Shown here piece by piece: positions 1-9,496 of a stretch of 64,000 nucleotides of DNA. The position numbers and the translations under genes are program-made. How positions within the stretch are numbered: the first letter of the stretch is position 1; each line of letters starts with the position of its first letter. Under the pieces are notes generated by a model, which was not told the DNA's origin, made no database searches, and saw nothing but the letters and a program-made list of their open reading frames with translations. Source of the stretch: a virus; IMG/VR virus record IMGVR_UViG_3300023548_000002, positions 1-64,000 of that record. One strand, written 5' to 3'.

Positions 1-1
1 T

Positions 2-3000
2 AAATGAAAGTTTCTGGTTAGGAATACGATATGCTATGAGCTGTAAAGTCTCTGGGTCCACAGTTTCTAAGATATATTTAGATAAAGCTTTATTACCCCT
101 TTTACGATACTTCTCATACTTTGGAAGGGATTTAAAATATGCTGCGGGAAGTAATACCTGTCCGTAAGTAACGTGCATCTTCCCATCTTCTCCTTCAACT
201 AACTGTGGTGGGTCTAATTCTGCTTTATCTTTTAGCCATACTACTCCTTTCTTCTCTGTATCAGTAAGGTCAGCATATGTTTTATTTGCCTGCTCCATAC
301 GGGTAGAATGCCTGTCAAAGAGTTCTGGAGATACTTGCACGTAAGCATTTCCTCGTTCTTTAAATCGTAATGCTGCTTTTCTTATTGCTGCAAAGATTTT
401 ATTCTCTATTTGCTTAATCAATGAACCAAACCCATCTAAAGGTAACTTATTCTTTAAAAGACGTAGTGTAGTTTCATTTACATCGTCATCTTTCATATAG
501 AGCTTGGTAAGCTTCTCATAGAACTTATCTTCTTTCATTACATAGTATCCATGCTTACCGAGATGTCGATGTTCTACTCCAAATTCTTGTAATACTAATG
601 AACTACTTCGGGTAGAAAGATGAGCGTCAATAGTCATTACCTCATCAGCAAACTCCTCTGGAGATAACTCCTCCCCATTAGGTAGCTGAACGGGATGCTC
701 TAAATTAGCAAGTACATTACGTCTTACTTGTACCCCTACTACTGTTTTATCCTCAGCATGGTAAGGAACTTCTTGCTGTAATTTCCAATACTTGTTTCTT
801 AATGAAATAGAACGTAGTTTTACTCCTTCTTGTAATGCTTTTCCTGGGTCATCAATATCGTTTACTAATATCTGTGCACCTTTACTACCATCGATTACTA
901 CTAACTCATCTACCCCACTAAGTTTCATTAATTTAGCATAATCTTCTCCTTTAACGAAAGTTACCAATTGTGGGAATAAAGGAAACTGTGAGTATTTTAT
1001 GTAGATAGGAACCTGTTCTCCATTATGTTCTACTAACTCATAATGTTGTCCTTTAAGAGACCCTAATGGTAAATGTTGTAACAATAATGCTATCTGTGCT
1101 TGAGTAGCTTTTCCTTTTTTAGCTTGTTGGAATGCTTTTTCAAGTTCATCTGACCACCCGTATAATCCCATAGCTATCTCCTTCCATCGTTCAGGGGATA
1201 TTACTCCCTGAGCATCCATCTTATTAACAGCCTCATACTCCTCTTGGGTTTCTTCAAGTCCTTCGACTATAGAATCAAATGCTTCATGACCTTCTAAGAC
1301 TTTTTTGATATTCTCATAAATAGAATCAGCAAAGAGCTTACTGTCTTCTTTAAATTTATTGGTCATCAATGCTAATTGATACGTAGGTCTTACTTCTCCC
1401 CATTTAGTTTTATGAATACGTAGATACTCTCCTGTACCCGAAGCACCAGGAGTACGTTTCATAAAATTAGTAAAAGTTTTAAAGAACCCCACGTGTCCAT
1501 AAAATAAGTGCATTTGCATATAATGTGCAATGGTATGGCGCATAAATAAGTTAATAAGATACTTTAAATCTTCTTTTGTATTGCCATATTGTTTTAACGG
1601 AGGAATATCTTCATACCCCCCTGTTCTTTTTTCTAATACCCTACGAATTTCTCTTAAAGGAGCTCCTTCAAAGAACTTATATGTTCCTTCCTCAGTTTGT
1701 TCTAAAAACCCAGCTTCTATTAAATCTTCTATAATAATATCTGAAAGGGTTTCCTTTATCCTCTTGGAATGTGTATCGCCAATTTTCTCGAAAGTATCAT
1801 TATCTACAGTAAAATTAATATAATCCTCGAAGAAATTGGGTAATCCTTTTTCTCCTTCTTGATATAAGAAAGAGCTATCTTTAAATTCTGCCCACAGAGA
1901 CTGTTGGAAGAAATCTCCTACAGGATACCCATTTTCATCTCTAAATATTATATTTCCGTGCTCATCTCGTTTATAATGCCAACCTTCTACTAACTCTTCA
2001 ATAGGGCGTTTCCCCTCTCCATCTATTCCAAAGACATTACGATATGCCTTAACTATTTTCTTAGCATCTTCTAACAATAACTCAGTTATTCCATCTACAA
2101 TACCTGCATCGAAAATTTCTGTAGAGAATCCCGACATCATGTAGTATCTACTTTTATCTGCTAAAGGTAAGAAAGGAACTTTACTTTTTTCGGTAGTTCT
2201 ATAATCATCCGCTATTAGCCGCATTACTAAGTCATCAAGGATATCTAATTCTTTAGATGAAGAAGCTGTCTCTTCATCTCTTACTCCTAATATATACTCG
2301 GTTTCCAACCCAGAAGTACTCATTCCTTCTGGAAGAGATTTTCTATCTGTCTTTGCTTTCTTCTCCAAAGATTCTCGTGTAATAAAATCTCCTGTACTGT
2401 GGGGATAGTAAGTATTACCATCAAATGATGCAAAAGATTCTTGGAAGGAAGCTGAAAGAGTTGAAGCATACAGTGATAGTAATAGATAGGGTGCTCCTTT
2501 TCTACCTTCTATTTCAAATAATTCTATATCAGCTAATGAATTAAATTTATATTGTGTATATTTTTTCTTTGCTGTAGCTTTACTTTCTAATGCTTCTTTC
2601 ATTTTATCGAATTCATCGAAAAGAACCATAGCTAAACTTTTTGCTACAGACAAAGGTCCTTTTTCATAAAGTAGTGCTAAAAGTGCATCATCATCTTCTG
2701 AAGTCTTTTTACGCCATAGAACCTTAGACGCTATAATTCCTTTTGTAGTTTCCCAAGACGCTTCATTGATAGGAAACCCTGCTTTATTTAGCACTTGCCC
2801 TGCTAAGTAATGCTGGAGATCTAACATAGTATCAAAATGATACCCTTTTTCTTTTAATTTTAGATTATAATATTCTAATATCTCATTATGGTTTTTTGTT
2901 TTAAGTTCTCGTAACTCTCTTTCTATTTCTGCAAGAAATGATGTTACCTCATTCTTATATTCCTCAATAACATCTAATGGGTTTTCTTTTTTACGAATAG

Positions 3001-4126
3001 TTCTATTTAATCGGTTATCCCATTGTTGTGCCCAGAAAGAAGCAATACTGTGTAGCTTATCCAGCATCTTCTTATGACGAAAACGTTTTATGGTAACTAC
3101 TTTTTCAGTAATAGACATTCCTCCAAAGTTAGAAGTCTTTGTTCTTTCTTGTTTAAAGAATGATGTAAAGTTCTGAGTATATAAATTGAATGTTCTTACA
3201 AACTCTGTTTTAAACTTTTCTGATGTGTTTGGGTCTCTTAGTTTATTATAAATATATCTTGCTGGTGGGTAAAAAGTAGCTAATGAATATCTACTTCCCC
3301 CAAGTTTCTTTAACATTTCTTTCAAAATATCATCACTATCTCGCTCTTGAATAGTATCTCCCAGAGTATCTTGTAGTCTCGTGATAATGTCAGATAAAGG
3401 AATAAATGGAGTAATAAACTTAGCCTGAGCACCAATTTCTTTCGGTAAACGTTTCATCCCGTCCACATCAGGAATAAGAGATAACCAAATTTTTATAGAC
3501 GCTCGTGCATTTTTAGTGGGGTTTATTTCTACTGAATCTTTAATAATATTACCAAGCATTTTAGCAAGTTGGTCTCCCTCTGCTTCTTCTATATCAAAAT
3601 ACTGAGCAAGTCTTATCGCTACTAAGTTCTTTAATTTCTCAATAGACTCTTTAGTAGATAATTGTTTTACTTCAAAAAGATACGCTGGGTCATTTTGTTC
3701 TATAGCCTCCTTCTCTTTGTCTATAAAAAATTGCGTAACTTTTGCTAAGTCTAAGTTAAAAGTAGAGGTAAGTATCTTATCTGCATTTTCTGGAGTAATC
3801 CCTAACATATAAGAAATAATAGTATCTACAAGATAGTTCCTTAAGGTTGGGGACATATTATCTAACTCTCTACTTCCTTCATATTTTCGGTTTTTTGCTT
3901 CTTCCAGGGTAAGCTTTTTTATCCCCCCATTTTTCTTTCTAAGCTCTTTAATAACTTTTTTTATATCTTCTTTCTCATATTTATTTTCTAATTCTTTTAA
4001 TGCCCACTTCCAATCTTCTTCAGATTTTACATGTAATTTGGCTAATCTCATTGCAGAGATTTTACCAAATCGACGTTCAATGTCTTTGTATTCTTTTGAA
4101 TAGAGATTTACACAAAAATTAGCCAT
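2..4126 (-). CDS. Virion-packaged crAss-like RNA polymerase, N-terminal part (runs off window start)
   Basis: ATG at 4126 (MANFCVNLYSKEY...) is in frame with DPETLQLIAYRIPNQKLSF at the window start. The region also translates to NKMDAQGVI near 1.2 kb. YRIPxQ and DAQG match crAss-type double-psi-barrel RNAP motifs. The catalytic DFDID would lie beyond the window. Not in the ORF track, and not every codon was checked for stops. Confidence 0.8.
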   Translation of the reverse strand, partial: MANFCVNLYSKEYKDIERRFGKISAMRLAKLHVKSEEDWKWALKELENKYEKEDIKKVIKELRKKNGGIKKLTLEEAKNRKYEGSRELDNMSPTLRNYLVDTIISYMLGITPENADKILTSTFNLDLAKVTQFFIDKEKEAIEQNDPAYLFEVKQLSTKESIEKLKNLVAIRLAQYFDIEEAEGDQLAKMLGNIIKDSVEINPTKNARASIKIWLSLIPDVDGMKRLPKEIGAQAKFITPFIPLSDIITRLQDTLGDTIQERDSDDILKEMLKKLGGSRYSLATFYPPARYIYNKLRDPNTSEKFKTEFVRTFNLYTQNFTSFFKQERTKTSNFGGMSITEKVVTIKRFRHKKMLDKLHSIASFWAQQWDNRLNRTIRKKENPLDVIEEYKNEVTSFLAEIERELRELKTKNHNEILEYYNLKLKEKGYHFDTMLDLQHYLAGQVLNKAGFPINEASWETTKGIIASKVLWRKKTSEDDDALLALLYEKGPLSVAKSLAMVLFDEFDKMKEALESKATAKKKYTQYKFNSLADIELFEIEGRKGAPYLLLSLYASTLSASFQESFASFDGNTYYPHSTGDFITRESLEKKAKTDRKSLPEGMSTSGLETEYILGVRDEETASSSKELDILDDLVMRLIADDYRTTEKSKVPFLPLADKSRYYMMSGFSTEIFDAGIVDGITELLLEDAKKIVKAYRNVFGIDGEGKRPIEELVEGWHYKRDEHGNIIFRDENGYPVGDFFQQSLWAEFKDSSFLYQEGEKGLPNFFEDYINFTVDNDTFEKIGDTHSKRIKETLSDIIIEDLIEAGFLEQTEEGTYKFFEGAPLREIRRVLEKRTGGYEDIPPLKQYGNTKEDLKYLINLFMRHTIAHYMQMHLFYGHVGFFKTFTNFMKRTPGASGTGEYLRIHKTKWGEVRPTYQLALMTNKFKEDSKLFADSIYENIKKVLEGHEAFDSIVEGLEETQEEYEAVNKMDAQGVISPERWKEIAMGLYGWSDELEKAFQQAKKGKATQAQIALLLQHLPLGSLKGQHYELVEHNGEQVPIYIKYSQFPLFPQLVTFVKGEDYAKLMKLSGVDELVVIDGSKGAQILVNDIDDPGKALQEGVKLRSISLRNKYWKLQQEVPYHAEDKTVVGVQVRRNVLANLEHPVQLPNGEELSPEEFADEVMTIDAHLSTRSSSLVLQEFGVEHRHLGKHGYYVMKEDKFYEKLTKLYMKDDDVNETTLRLLKNKLPLDGFGSLIKQIENKIFAAIRKAALRFKERGNAYVQVSPELFDRHSTRMEQANKTYADLTDTEKKGVVWLKDKAELDPPQLVEGEDGKMHVTYGQVLLPAAYFKSLPKYEKYRKRGNKALSKYILETVDPETLQLIAYRIPNQKLSF

Positions 4127-4132
4127 AGTATT

Positions 4133-7100
4133 TTAACACATATTATCAATTAAGTTTATTATTACTTTTTTAAGGTCACTTATAGTTAAATTTTCCATTT
4201 CTTCTACTTCCTCCATTACTGCATCAATAAAATCATTTGAGTTCATATTTAATTTATCTTCATACTGCTTTACTATGTCTTTAACTTGTTTCCGTAAAGC
4301 GTTCTTTTCCATAGAAGCTGGTGTCTCCTTTACTGTATCTGTATCATTTTTAGTAATTTCTTCTTGGGTAATAGTATTATTCACTTTGTCCCCAGAAATA
4401 GTCATGTCCTCCATTCCTGTTACAGAGGGGTTTACAAAGAAGGAGCCAAAAGGGCCTGGTTGTGCATCAGTTAGTAACATATCATGTCCTATGAGATTAT
4501 CAATATACTGGGCTCTCATTTTAACTTTACCATTAAAAGTTTTACGACTTATCTGTGGGTTTACTCGTAAGCTTTTTATTTTAGAATCAAATATACTAAT
4601 AATATCCTTTGGTGTAGAATATTTAAAAGAAACTACTCCGTCCTTAGTTTTTATTTCTAACGTCTTTTTCTTTTTATTTAGATTAATCCCTGCATTCTTC
4701 CCTTTTACTACAAGTATATCTAATATGTAATTAATAGTTAAATCCTGTGGAGCTTTATTATGTGCCTGTGCTAATATATCAATAGATTCTTTAATGAAAG
4801 ATAAATGTGGATTAGTATGTGCTTTTTCTTCTAAGAATTTATATAATTCTCCTAAAGTTACTTGATTTATTCTACCTGATAATAATTTAGAGAATAACAC
4901 TCCAATAAAGCTTTTGGCTTCTCTATTGTATTCTGCACGGGTAATAGCTATTTTTACTGTTTTTCCAGATGCTGATTTACCTGCTACTGCTAATGGTTTC
5001 CCTGGTGAAGTGTCCGCGAATATTTCTACACCATTAGTTTGTATTACTTCTCGTAAACTTCTTTCTTGGTTTCTATCATAAATAACTACTCCTCCACCTT
5101 TTTGTAAATTATTCCATTCTACAGTCTTTCCTTCTTTAATAGCTTCTAATACTTTTCTACGAAGTAATAAAATTTCTTTTCTATTTGGTTTATTTTTATA
5201 AGCTAAAGGCATATAAATTTGTGGAGTGTATTGCTCCCCATTCAGCTCAATCTTCACTTTCTCTCCTGTAGATTTATGATGAAATTCTAATACTATTGCT
5301 CCTGATAAAATCAATTCTTCAATATTGTCTTCAGTTACTTCTATTTCTTGAAGATTCTCATCTTTTATTACAGGAATTAACTTGAAGTTAGATAAATCTA
5401 CTTCTGGGTCCATAAGAAACTTAGTAGTTACCCACTGAATAGGGTCTTTAGTATCCTCTTCACTATCTACTGCTCTCCATACAAAAGGAACTACCTCTTT
5501 CTTTGGATTGTAAGAAAATTCTCTCCTTGTACCTCCACCATCAGAGGTTTCATCTAAATCCTGTTCAAAGCGTTCTACATACTCCGTATGTTCTGGGTCT
5601 TCTGGTTCTACTGCAGGAGTTTTTGGGTCTTTTGGGTCTTTAGCTTTTGGACTGTTTTTCCCTCCTGCTTTTGTTCTTTCTCTTATCTCTTTTTCTTCAC
5701 TTAATGGAATGAAGTTGTCTTGTTCTTCAATCGGAACACTAATAGCTTCTTGTGTGATACCGTTTTTCAAAAAGTATTTACCGTCCTGTATAGCTGCGAT
5801 TATCCACTTTTTGTTATCATATTCAATAGTTTCCCCCTCCTTGTAGTTAGCTACAGGCTTAATTGCTGTACCTTTTTTTACTATTTGATACTCCAAAAAT
5901 CTTTCATAGGGAATCATAACCTCTTTCCCATCTTTATCCTTAACCAATATTCCCTCAGTATCTAATTTTATTACCTCAAAGGAAGCACCTGTTTTTCTAT
6001 GAACCATTTTATCTCCTTCATCCACAATAGCGGTAAGCTCTCCTTCTACGGGTGAGTCATCATTCTTATCATTCTTGCCATTTTTACCGCTTTTATCATT
6101 CTTACCGCTTTTATCATTCTTACCGTTTTTACCACTTTTACCATTTTTATCATTTATAAATTTCTGCAGAAGAGCTACATCTGGATGTAGTCCTAATATA
6201 TTTTTTACTCCCAATGCTTTATTTGGACCCAACTGCATATTATCTTCCAAAGTGCTTAATGAGGTAAGTTCCAATACTCCATCATTTCTTTTGTATTGAA
6301 CAATAATTGGAAGGATATTGATACTTTGTATATGGATACCATTGGCTTCTGCTAAGGCAGCATATATGGATTGTTGTTTACTCCAAGCTTGTGTTTTATT
6401 AGCAAATTTACTTGTTCCAAAGAGTTTATTATATAATTCTTGTTTTTTAGATAATAGGTTCTTAAAATCAATTATATGAGCTTCTCCATTCTTATTAAAT
6501 GCTATTAAATCTAATGCTCCTGCTATACCATCATATCCTGTTTTAGTTTGCCATTCTTTGGACATTTCTGTAGATAGAATAAGTCCCGAAGCTACTGTGG
6601 TAAATCCTTTGGCATTCAGTTCTTTTTTTACTTCTTGTAATACTTTTACAATGTATTCAAATTGTTCCTTAGAGATTTTAAGTTTTTTGCCTAAGCTTTT
6701 GTTCATCTCCCGAACTTCTTTCTTATATTCGGCAAAGGATTTTACTTTACCTTCAAATACATCTCTGGCAATTATATCAATAAAGTTACCCAAAGCAGCT
6801 CCATATTTCCCTTCGTCACTTAACGTCTCGTCTCCATTTACATAAGTGCTTTGACGCATAAACTTCTGTCCTGTCTTTTTATTTCGATAGTAGCTTTTGC
6901 CATTTTCCTCTACTATCTCAAAATTCTTAGAGTTCTTCTGAAGTTTCTTTAATGCTTGTTCTATATCATCGGTAGTTAAGCTCTCTTTAACTTCTCCTTC
7001 TGTTTCATAAATTTTTGTTCCACTATGGGTGGTTTTTTCCCACTTACCATCCTTTGTTTGTTTAAGCATACCTACTCCTTTCAATAGATTCATTTGTAAC

Positions 7101-9496
7101 TCTCTATTGATAGGATTACCATGTTCCCCCTTAGATGCTTTTTGCTGTTGTTTAGCTAAATCACGCTTCTTTTTTAGTTCAGCCTCTAATTGATTTTTAA
7201 ATTCTTCTTGTTGTTTTTTCTTTTTTTCTACATACTTTTTTTCTGCTTCTTTAGTTAATGCTTTTTCTAATTTTTCTTTTAATTCTTTCTGTTTTTTCTG
7301 AAGATGTTCTACAACATCTTTTAATAATTTAGTTTTCTTTTTTACTTTATATTTTCTTCTCCTTTCAAATGTTTTCTTTTGTTTTATACGTTCTTCTTTT
7401 TCTTCCTCAAGGGACTTTAATTTATCATTATATTTCTTGTATTCTTCCTTAAGGGATATTAAGTATTTTTTAGTCTCCTCATTCCCTGTTTCTCTTAATC
7501 TCTTTTCATTATATTCTATTTCCTTAGCTAACTTATTCAATTGAAATTGTGTATCCTTTATCTGCGAATCTGCTTCTTCTATTTTCTCATTAACAATTCC
7601 TAAAGCGTTATCATAGGATTTCGTATCTACTTTTTTTGTTTCTTCGTTTAATCGAGATTCTGCAGTATTTAATACGTCCTCACTAAGATTTATTCCTGTA
7701 ACTATCCCAAGTATTTGTTCTACATTTTGCTTGTGAGAATATTTATCATAGGTAAGTTCAGCCTCTCGTATCTCGTGTTGTAAGTTAATCAAATCTTCTT
7801 TACTCCCTACCGCTGCTTTTTGCTCGTCTGTTAAACTATCATATTCATCAATATATGATTGAAGCATTGCATCAAACTTGTGCATTGTCCCTGCTTTCAT
7901 ATTACGAGCAGCTATGTCATAAATTCTTTTTTTACGTAAGGCTTTTTCCCCTGCTTTTTTTATATCTGGGTCATTAAGTTCTTCTAATGATTTGTCTATT
8001 GCTACTTCAGTGGCAATCTTCTTAGAAAAGAATTGTTTTGTTGCTGCTACTGCTAAATCTTGCTCTTTCTCTAATTCCTTAATATAGTCTTTGTATGCCT
8101 TTGTATATTGACCATTCATTACTTTGGATACTACTCGTTGAGGGTATCCCCCAAATAGACCCATAAGTCCTTCTATTTGTACCTGTGGGTCTGTAAAGAA
8201 GTCAATAAATCTATCTAATTTATCTTTGCTTTGTGATAAATATTGGTCATAGTGAGATTCCCAATAATATTTGTCTATCTTAGACATGTCAGAAATATTC
8301 TCATCTGATAAAGCAGTATTTAATATATCTATAGCCCCACGATATTCTGACTCTTTCTGCATTACTCCTTGTACTACTTCCTCCCCATATTCTTTCATTC
8401 CTTGTAAGAATGGGTTATCAGCAGTAGCATTGAATTCAAACTTCCCTTTAGCATTCTTTTTTAACCATCCGAAATACTTATAATCTCTTTCTAAGTGAGT
8501 TCGAGTTCCTAAATTGCTTAGCTTATTTATTCCTGCTATGGAAAATATATCAGAGAAAAGCATTGCTTTGTTCCAAGACACTACTCTGTCGTGAACTTCT
8601 CCTGCTCGCTTATTAACTTCATCTTGGGTAATTAATCCTGCTTGTACTAATGGCTGCATTTCTTGTCGAAAGTTATCAGCAGACTCAAATGCCATTATCT
8701 TTCCTTCCATATAATTCTGGATAAATCCCGAAGGAATAGATACTACACCATCAGCAAATTTTTTGGTATTCATAAAACTGATTAGACCATCTCCAAATTT
8801 CTGAAATCGTTTTGCTTTATCAAGCTTATTTAATGCCATTACTCCCTTTCCTACATACTTCCTAATACCTTCTTCTATCTTTAATAATTTATTAAAAGTA
8901 TCTACTCCTTTTGTAATAATTCCTCCAGGAATACCAAATCCTACAGCACTATCTACTACTCCTTTCCATAGTTCCCATACAGAAATATCATCAGGTTTCT
9001 CTTTGTAAATAGGTAATGCTTTATCTACTCCCTGTTTCGCTTCATGTGCTAACTCTGCTAACCAGTTTCTTTCATGGTCTTCAATACCCATTATATATTT
9101 GATATGATGGTCAAAATCAAGCAATGTTGCTAACCCTTCTACAGAAGTCAATGCCCCAGAGGCTACTCCTCCTACTGTTGAATTAAATGCTCTGGAAAGC
9201 GTTCCTTGTTTTTCTGCTCTTAAATCATCCGAAATCCATTGGGCAACCTGAGTATTTTCTAACCAGTCATGATTTAAGTCAATATCATAATCTAAATAAC
9301 TCTCTATATCTTGTAATCCTACATCGGAGCCAAAGAAAGATGCTCCATGAAATTTACTACGAGGTAAACTTCTTTTAGTACGAGCAGATACTAATGCTTG
9401 CCCTACAATGTCATCTTTTGTTAAAGGTAGTCCTGTTATAGGATTTACAGAGGCTTGCTCTTGCCTTTCCAATTGATATTTACTTAATTTTGGCAT
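4133..9496 (-). CDS. Large ejected (cargo) virion protein with coiled-coil and PD-(D/E)xK-like domain
   Basis: 1787 aa, adjacent to the RNAP. Gly/Ala-rich helical N-terminus, K/E coiled-coil, and GIAGALDLIAFNKNGEAHIIDFK...QQSIYA motif. Confidence 0.65.
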   Translation of the reverse strand: MPKLSKYQLERQEQASVNPITGLPLTKDDIVGQALVSARTKRSLPRSKFHGASFFGSDVGLQDIESYLDYDIDLNHDWLENTQVAQWISDDLRAEKQGTLSRAFNSTVGGVASGALTSVEGLATLLDFDHHIKYIMGIEDHERNWLAELAHEAKQGVDKALPIYKEKPDDISVWELWKGVVDSAVGFGIPGGIITKGVDTFNKLLKIEEGIRKYVGKGVMALNKLDKAKRFQKFGDGLISFMNTKKFADGVVSIPSGFIQNYMEGKIMAFESADNFRQEMQPLVQAGLITQDEVNKRAGEVHDRVVSWNKAMLFSDIFSIAGINKLSNLGTRTHLERDYKYFGWLKKNAKGKFEFNATADNPFLQGMKEYGEEVVQGVMQKESEYRGAIDILNTALSDENISDMSKIDKYYWESHYDQYLSQSKDKLDRFIDFFTDPQVQIEGLMGLFGGYPQRVVSKVMNGQYTKAYKDYIKELEKEQDLAVAATKQFFSKKIATEVAIDKSLEELNDPDIKKAGEKALRKKRIYDIAARNMKAGTMHKFDAMLQSYIDEYDSLTDEQKAAVGSKEDLINLQHEIREAELTYDKYSHKQNVEQILGIVTGINLSEDVLNTAESRLNEETKKVDTKSYDNALGIVNEKIEEADSQIKDTQFQLNKLAKEIEYNEKRLRETGNEETKKYLISLKEEYKKYNDKLKSLEEEKEERIKQKKTFERRRKYKVKKKTKLLKDVVEHLQKKQKELKEKLEKALTKEAEKKYVEKKKKQQEEFKNQLEAELKKKRDLAKQQQKASKGEHGNPINRELQMNLLKGVGMLKQTKDGKWEKTTHSGTKIYETEGEVKESLTTDDIEQALKKLQKNSKNFEIVEENGKSYYRNKKTGQKFMRQSTYVNGDETLSDEGKYGAALGNFIDIIARDVFEGKVKSFAEYKKEVREMNKSLGKKLKISKEQFEYIVKVLQEVKKELNAKGFTTVASGLILSTEMSKEWQTKTGYDGIAGALDLIAFNKNGEAHIIDFKNLLSKKQELYNKLFGTSKFANKTQAWSKQQSIYAALAEANGIHIQSINILPIIVQYKRNDGVLELTSLSTLEDNMQLGPNKALGVKNILGLHPDVALLQKFINDKNGKSGKNGKNDKSGKNDKSGKNGKNDKNDDSPVEGELTAIVDEGDKMVHRKTGASFEVIKLDTEGILVKDKDGKEVMIPYERFLEYQIVKKGTAIKPVANYKEGETIEYDNKKWIIAAIQDGKYFLKNGITQEAISVPIEEQDNFIPLSEEKEIRERTKAGGKNSPKAKDPKDPKTPAVEPEDPEHTEYVERFEQDLDETSDGGGTRREFSYNPKKEVVPFVWRAVDSEEDTKDPIQWVTTKFLMDPEVDLSNFKLIPVIKDENLQEIEVTEDNIEELILSGAIVLEFHHKSTGEKVKIELNGEQYTPQIYMPLAYKNKPNRKEILLLRRKVLEAIKEGKTVEWNNLQKGGGVVIYDRNQERSLREVIQTNGVEIFADTSPGKPLAVAGKSASGKTVKIAITRAEYNREAKSFIGVLFSKLLSGRINQVTLGELYKFLEEKAHTNPHLSFIKESIDILAQAHNKAPQDLTINYILDILVVKGKNAGINLNKKKKTLEIKTKDGVVSFKYSTPKDIISIFDSKIKSLRVNPQISRKTFNGKVKMRAQYIDNLIGHDMLLTDAQPGPFGSFFVNPSVTGMEDMTISGDKVNNTITQEEITKNDTDTVKETPASMEKNALRKQVKDIVKQYEDKLNMNSNDFIDAVMEEVEEMENLTISDLKKVIINLIDNMC

